From the NCBI GenBank assembly GCA_044356215.1, contig JBIKWQ010000067.1, positions 1 to 18,641 of the forward strand: a stretch of DNA of 18,641 nucleotides, given 5' to 3'. Source of the DNA: Bdellovibrionota bacterium. GTDB lineage: Bacteria; Bdellovibrionota_C; UBA2361; OMII01. Shown one piece after another: positions 13,965 to 18,641 of this stretch (its first letter is position 1; each line of letters begins with the position of its first letter). Under the pieces are notes generated by a model. The model was not told the origin of the DNA, did no database searches, and worked only from the letters and a program-made list of their open reading frames with translations. The position numbers and the translations under genes were made by a program.

Positions 13965-16082
13965 ATGGATTTGGGGCGGCAGGTCAGAACAATTCTGGCT
14001 AACTCGATGAGACACTCGGTCTTAGCGGCCATCGTGTGCGTCACGATCATTACGCGAATATCAAATCTCTCCGCTCAGATCCCAACGACGATCTCAGTCT
14101 GCGCTAAGTGCGCCACAGCGACTAACTGCGATGTGAGGTGCTTAAACGCGGACGTCTCTTGCTATGGATGCTCTACCCTTAGAGCAGCTTACCCAAGCTG
14201 TTTTACCTGCCAAAAGGTAATGGAGGCAGCAGCCGTCATGGGCTACCGCTGCGACTCATCAAGCTCATCAAGCTCATCAAGCTCATCAAGCTCATCAAGC
14301 TCATCAAGCTCATCATCAGGTTCCAGCGCCAGCTCTAGTATGGGAAGCTCATCTTCACTTAGCACTTCTAGCTCCTCGTCTAATTCGGGCGGCTCGAACT
14401 CATCTGCTTCGAGTAGTATACAGAGCTCAACTAGCGATTCGTCTAACGCATCATCACTTAACTCGTCCGCTAATTCATCAAGCAACTCGACCGTGGGCTA
14501 CTCATCGAGCTCGTCGATTGCCAGCAGTAGCGCTTCATCCGGCGGCTCATCAACAAGCGGCAACAGCTCTAGCACCAGCAGTAGTAGTAGTAGTAGCACT
14601 AGCAGCTCATCTAGTAGCAGCAGTAGCAGTAGCACTAGTAGCTCTAGCTCGTCATCTAGCTCGGAAAGCTCCAGCTCAGGAGGGTCCTCAAGCAGCTCAT
14701 CTAACAACTCTAGCTCTAGTAATTCAAGCAGTGGAGCTAGTAGCTCCGTTATCGATTGCGGACCAGGCGGCATCGCTATCCCTCCAGGCGCGCAAATCAT
14801 TGACTGCGGAGCAGCGGCTCCAGGATGCGTATGGGAACTAACTCACGATTGCTGCAAACAGGTCTGTACTCCAAGTAGCTCAAGCAGCTCAAGCAACACC
14901 TCTAGCTCAAGCAGCACCTCAAGCTCCGCCAGCTCTAATAGCACTAGCAGCTCTACAAGCTCAGATAGCAGCGCTTCAAGTTCAGGTAACTCAAGTAGCT
15001 CTAGCAATAGCAGTGCAACCTCAAGCAGCTCAAGTACAACCAGTTCGTCGGGAAGTAGCTCTAGCTCTGCTGATAGCTCTAGTAGTTCATCTAGTTCTGG
15101 GCCATGTTCTTGCTGCCCAGGAGCTTCAAATTTATGTCAAGGACCTCAGTACGATAGATTATGTCCTATGATAATACAGCTATGTTCTAGCGCTTCATCT
15201 AGTAGCAGCAGTAGTGGCTCATCCAATTCTAGTGCTAGTAGCACTTCCTCGAGCAGCGGCTCGAGCTCCCCACCTACAGATCCGAGACCAGGAACATGTC
15301 CGACTGGAGACGCGCTACAGGATCAATGTCCAAATCTATGTCTGCCTTGCGTAACCGCTTCAGTTACCTCCCCAGATACGAGCTGTGGCGGTGTCTTCCC
15401 AGGAGCGTGTTTTACCTATAGAGCAAGCTGTGTGCAGAATACACCGGAAACCCACGTAATCCAGTGCATAGTAACCGGAATGACTGCAAATCCTGCTGAT
15501 AACTGTACTGCGGAGCCTTGCTCCAATACGTGTTTAGGTCTCGTAGAATGCCCCAATAACGGCCAAAATTCGGATGATGGTATATCTTGTTGCCTACATG
15601 GCTGCTCTACTCGTCCAACCCTCCGCCGCGCATGTGCTTGCGCTCCTACAGCCACGCAATGTGGAGATATTTGCTGCTCGAACGGCTGCGACCAAAATGA
15701 TCCGACTAGGTGTGCATGTAATTCCGGACAAACCCAGTGCGGGACATCCTGCTGCGATAACGGCTGCGATCAAAGCGATCCGACGTTGTGCGCGCCGCCT
15801 CCACCTCCGCCACCACCTAGCTGCATAAGCGCGGGAGATGATTGCACTAGCGGAGGAACTTGCTGCTCTGGAACCACTTGCACTAATGGTACGTGCCAAC
15901 CCTCCTGCGCTCCTGGGGAGACTAGGTGTGGCATTGATTGCTGCCCTAATGGCTGTAATCACACCAATACAAGTTGCGCTCTTACCCCCGTCGAAGAGGA
16001 TTGTGTAGCCGAGGGTCAGCCGTGCGGTCCAACTAGCATGTGTTGCTGGGGAGTTTCTTGCATCGACGGTCAATGCTCTTAA
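13965..16082 (+). CDS. Secreted Ser-rich / Cys-rich repeat protein
   Basis: Signal-peptide-like segment, three poly-Ser tracts separating Cys-rich modules, three CGxxCCxNGC repeats and two C-C-CC-C-C modules. Start codon uncertain (13965 or 14007). Confidence 0.85.
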   Translation: MDLGRQVRTILANSMRHSVLAAIVCVTIITRISNLSAQIPTTISVCAKCATATNCDVRCLNADVSCYGCSTLRAAYPSCFTCQKVMEAAAVMGYRCDSSSSSSSSSSSSSSSSSSSSSGSSASSSMGSSSSLSTSSSSSNSGGSNSSASSSIQSSTSDSSNASSLNSSANSSSNSTVGYSSSSSIASSSASSGGSSTSGNSSSTSSSSSSSTSSSSSSSSSSSTSSSSSSSSSESSSSGGSSSSSSNNSSSSNSSSGASSSVIDCGPGGIAIPPGAQIIDCGAAAPGCVWELTHDCCKQVCTPSSSSSSSNTSSSSSTSSSASSNSTSSSTSSDSSASSSGNSSSSSNSSATSSSSSTTSSSGSSSSSADSSSSSSSSGPCSCCPGASNLCQGPQYDRLCPMIIQLCSSASSSSSSSGSSNSSASSTSSSSGSSSPPTDPRPGTCPTGDALQDQCPNLCLPCVTASVTSPDTSCGGVFPGACFTYRASCVQNTPETHVIQCIVTGMTANPADNCTAEPCSNTCLGLVECPNNGQNSDDGISCCLHGCSTRPTLRRACACAPTATQCGDICCSNGCDQNDPTRCACNSGQTQCGTSCCDNGCDQSDPTLCAPPPPPPPPSCISAGDDCTSGGTCCSGTTCTNGTCQPSCAPGETRCGIDCCPNGCNHTNTSCALTPVEEDCVAEGQPCGPTSMCCWGVSCIDGQCS
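14255..14315 (+). repeat. 9-bp tandem repeat (TCATCAAGC) x6 plus a partial unit, encoding poly-Ser
   Basis: Six perfect in-frame units at 14256-14309. Confidence 0.95.
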
Positions 16083-16117
16083 AGGAGCTACAAAGTGAAT
16101 ACGCGCAAGCTTTGACT

Positions 16118-16938
16118 CTAAGGAAGCGGGGTAACATCCCTCCCCAACACCCACCTCTTTCCAAACTCAGAGGCCAGTGTATATCCAAACAGAATTACTC
16201 CCACTATCGCCAGCGTTGATAAACTTGGGGCAGCGAAACCAAGAGCTTCTCCCAGCCCCGAAAAAGGCAGCAAAACCGTTATCGCCGCCGCGAGACAGCT
16301 CATTACTGCTAGCCACTTCGCTGGCCTACTTCTAAACAACGAACGCCGCGTTCGAACCACTAACAGAACACAGATCTCAGATATCACCGACTCAATAAAC
16401 CAAACCGTTCTAAACGCTGGCGCTGGCAACCCGATGATTAACAAGGTACCGAAAGTTAAGTAATCAAACTCAGCAGCACTATATCAGCGGCTTCCTTAGT
16501 GACATCTGCCGCCGAATCAACCGGGATCCCGACATCTCCAGCGCGCAAAGCGGCCGCATCGTTGATACCATCACCTAAATAACCAACACCAAGATTTGAA
16601 CGCTTAAGTAAGATCTCAACCGCGCTTTGCGCGCGAAGCTCTTGCCAGTAACCCAGGGCGCTACTCGCAATTAGGATACCGACTATAACAGCTCCATCGA
16701 AGCGCTCGCCAACCACCGCGGAAATCAGCGCCGCCACCTCTAGCAGGATACTGATTGGGCTCTTAAATTGAGAAGCTAATAGTCGCAGCCGCTGGTAACG
16801 CGAGCTTGGGCTAAGGGAGTTAGAGCCATAGCGCTCTAACGCTGCGGATGCTTGCTGTGAGCTTAGTCCGGATAGGGAGGAGGTTAAGCTTGAGAAGAGC
16901 TGGTTGTGTTCGTGGCGGCTTTCAAGCTCATTTTGCAT
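16118..16938 (-). pseudogene. mgtA: Mg2+-transporting P-type ATPase (MgtA-like) remnant with two large internal deletions
   Basis: N-terminal GLS..A..L.RYG.N and QFKSP/M1-M2 are fused directly to VGYLGDGINDAAAL..KEAADIVLL. A frameshifted FDYLTFG...FRTVWFIES..LLVVRTRR C terminus follows. TGES and DKTGT are absent. Confidence 0.85.
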
Positions 16939-17197
16939 AGAGGAGCACTACCCCAACAGGGGAAATTGGCAACAAACATAACTATCTGGATCTACCAATA
17001 AACTAACAAGACCCGAGATTTATGATAAGAGACCGATGTTCCCATCTTCTCTTCATCATGCCACTTCGGCCTTACATACAGACTGATGTTGCTTAGCGGG
17101 GGGAACAGGCGCAAACTAAACGGAGCCTATGGCTAGATTTGCAAATGAACTAAGCAACACCTGCTAAGATAAGTTTACGTGTTCTTGATTTCTTAAG

Positions 17198-17240
17198 CTA
17201 CCCCGCCGTGAATTTATAATTCACTACCCCGCTACCCCGC
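17198..17240 (+). repeat. Three CTACCCCGC direct repeats around an AT-rich palindrome
   Basis: CTACCCCGC at 17198, 17224 and 17232; GTGAATT-TAT-AATTCAC at 17208-17224. Confidence 0.8.
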
Positions 17241-17308
17241 CCTTGTTTTTTGCACCCAATCAAGCTAGGTGGCCATCAGAGGGATTATTGTAGCTAACGA
17301 GGGGGCTT

Positions 17309-17665
17309 ATGCGCCGATTTACCAGTAATGAACTCTACATGATCCGAAACTTGATCCCGATTCGCCAAGTAATTGAGGATATTCTCGCTATACCTAGCAA
17401 GGATATAGAAGGAGTTTTTCGTTTTGTGTGTCCCTGCTGCTATGAGAGCAACACAGCGATTAACCCAAAGACCAATCTTTGTCGGTGCTTTCGATGTGAA
17501 AGGAATTTTAATACCATCGATATCGTTATGACCGACAGAAAATTATCATTTGTAGACGCAGTCGCGTGCTTAAGGAGTCGTTATCAAACTATGCTGCAAC
17601 CAGCAGCTGCGGCGCAATCTGAGCCGGACTTTTCCATTTATGCAGCTTCATCGGGCTATTGTTAA
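17309..17665 (+). CDS. Standalone CHC2-like (DnaG N-terminal type) zinc-finger protein
   Basis: IRxxIPIxxVI..CPCC..INPKTNLCRCFRCERNFNTIDIVM....SFVDAV pattern, with GAGGGGG RBS. The last 77 nt overlap the transposase antisense. Confidence 0.8.
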   Translation: MRRFTSNELYMIRNLIPIRQVIEDILAIPSKDIEGVFRFVCPCCYESNTAINPKTNLCRCFRCERNFNTIDIVMTDRKLSFVDAVACLRSRYQTMLQPAAAAQSEPDFSIYAASSGYC

Positions 17666-18602
17666 TTTTTTCTTGTGCCCGATGTACCTGATCTTCATTT
17701 ACTGCATCAAAGTTACTCCCCTTAGGATAGTACTTCCTAAAATCTCGATTTCCTCTCTCGTTGCTTCCCTTCTGGTGCGGACAATAGGCGTCACAAAAAT
17801 ACACCTTAATCTCAGGAAATGCCTTCTCTATCTCATCCCAATTCGCGAACTCTGAGCCTCTGTCAAAAGTCAAAGTTTTACGACATTCTATTGGGATACT
17901 CAGTAGCATCATTATTATGACTCGAGTCACGGTGCTTGCTTCAAGATTGGGGGTCTTTGCAAACAGATGGATCCTTGAATTCATATCTCTGATGCTCACG
18001 ATAGCAGCATTGCTTTTTTTACAACCGTGAATCGTATCTCCTTCCAAATGACCTACCTCGGTGCGAGCCTTAGCTTCCTCAGGACGGTCTTCATAGGAGC
18101 GTTTTATAGGGGCTGCCTGGCTCGCATGCAGAGCGCCTCGGCGATTCATCACTCGCTGTCTTCTTGGTTTGCCCTTCTCATATAGGTACTGCGTCAAAAT
18201 AGGGGAGTCCTTCTTAATCCAACGATAGATAGTGCTATATGAAACCTTCTCCCCTATGGCTTCTTTCATAGTCGCTGCAATCGCTTCAGGACTCCTCTTA
18301 TCCACAAGTTGATCAATTATGTGCCCGTATACCGCTGGCTTCATAATGGCCCCGCGCTTGCCGCGCTTACGCTCCTTAAGACGTCTCTGTGCTTGTGCAT
18401 GTGCCCACCCAGCCCTCTCAATACCTGTCACTAAAACTACCTTGCTCGGCGGTCTATTCCGCTTAAACTCTCGGCTGACCACAGATGCATCAAATCCAAC
18501 ATGCCGTGCTATTTCTCGAATCTTGCAGCCTTGCCTTCTCATCGAATAAATAGTTTCACGCGTCATTAGACTGAGCTTACGTCTCTTTCTTTGGTTTTCC
18601 AT
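17589..18602 (-). CDS. IS30-family DDE transposase
   Basis: N-terminal HTH (IREIARHVG..ASVVSREFKRN), SPEAIA and STIYRWI. Catalytic GHLEGDT, TFDRGSEF and QKGSNERGN. Frame intact. Confidence 0.95.
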   Translation of the reverse strand: MENQRKRRKLSLMTRETIYSMRRQGCKIREIARHVGFDASVVSREFKRNRPPSKVVLVTGIERAGWAHAQAQRRLKERKRGKRGAIMKPAVYGHIIDQLVDKRSPEAIAATMKEAIGEKVSYSTIYRWIKKDSPILTQYLYEKGKPRRQRVMNRRGALHASQAAPIKRSYEDRPEEAKARTEVGHLEGDTIHGCKKSNAAIVSIRDMNSRIHLFAKTPNLEASTVTRVIIMMLLSIPIECRKTLTFDRGSEFANWDEIEKAFPEIKVYFCDAYCPHQKGSNERGNRDFRKYYPKGSNFDAVNEDQVHRAQEKINNSPMKLHKWKSPAQIAPQLLVAA

Positions 18603-18641
18603 AACTACCTAGATTCAAAATCTAATCCAGGTGTTGCTTAT

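Larger units (their letters stand above)
17131..18641 (-). mobile_element. IS30-family insertion sequence carrying a passenger gene; right end cut by the window edge
   Basis: 13-bp perfect inverted repeat TAAGCAACACCTG (17151-63) / CAGGTGTTGCTTA (18628-40) brackets the transposase and the zinc-finger ORF. The left boundary (~17131, GGCTAGATTTGCAAAT) is approximate. Confidence 0.7.

Noticed and set aside
14243..14841. Asp/Glu/Leu-rich antisense ORFs and an Ala/Val-rich alternative-frame ORF
   Set aside because: Shadows of the poly-Ser codons of the 13965-16082 gene.
15416..16154. Alternative-frame and antisense ORFs over the Cys-rich region
   Set aside because: They overlap the coherent Cys-repeat frame and have no independent coding signal.
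17001..17078. attC-like shape (AACTAAC-5 nt-CCGA...TCGG-6 nt) with an imperfect ATGATAAGAGA/TCTCTTCATCAT stem
   Set aside because: No GTT at the R' position (ATA), weak L-box pairing, and no co-oriented cassette gene upstream.

Overview
Bacterial accessory/mosaic region with no rRNA, tRNA or CRISPR array. (1) 1-2075 looks like the decaying end of an integron-type cassette array with no integrase in the window. It has three attC-like sites (27-123, 795-850, 1949-2005). Cassette A holds an antisense ORF6N gene. Cassette B holds a nucleoside-deoxyribosyltransferase-like gene plus brnT/brnA. An exact 75-bp restart of cassette B begins at the third site's crossover point. (2) A two-gene block (polytopic GT-C-like membrane protein and a double-length 1807-aa UvrA) is bracketed by two higBA operons. 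(3) A patchwork follows: peptidase-S51-like gene, phd/vapC pair, a 163-bp MITE with 9-bp target duplication, a DUF4269-like gene cut by a 183-bp palindromic element, a secreted Ser-rich/Cys-rich protein with knottin-like modules, and a doubly deleted Mg2+ P-type ATPase remnant. (4) An IS30-family element runs off the right edge; its inverted repeats appear to enclose a convergent primase-type (CHC2-like) zinc-finger gene with short direct repeats upstream. All family calls come from motif recognition by eye, not database searches.
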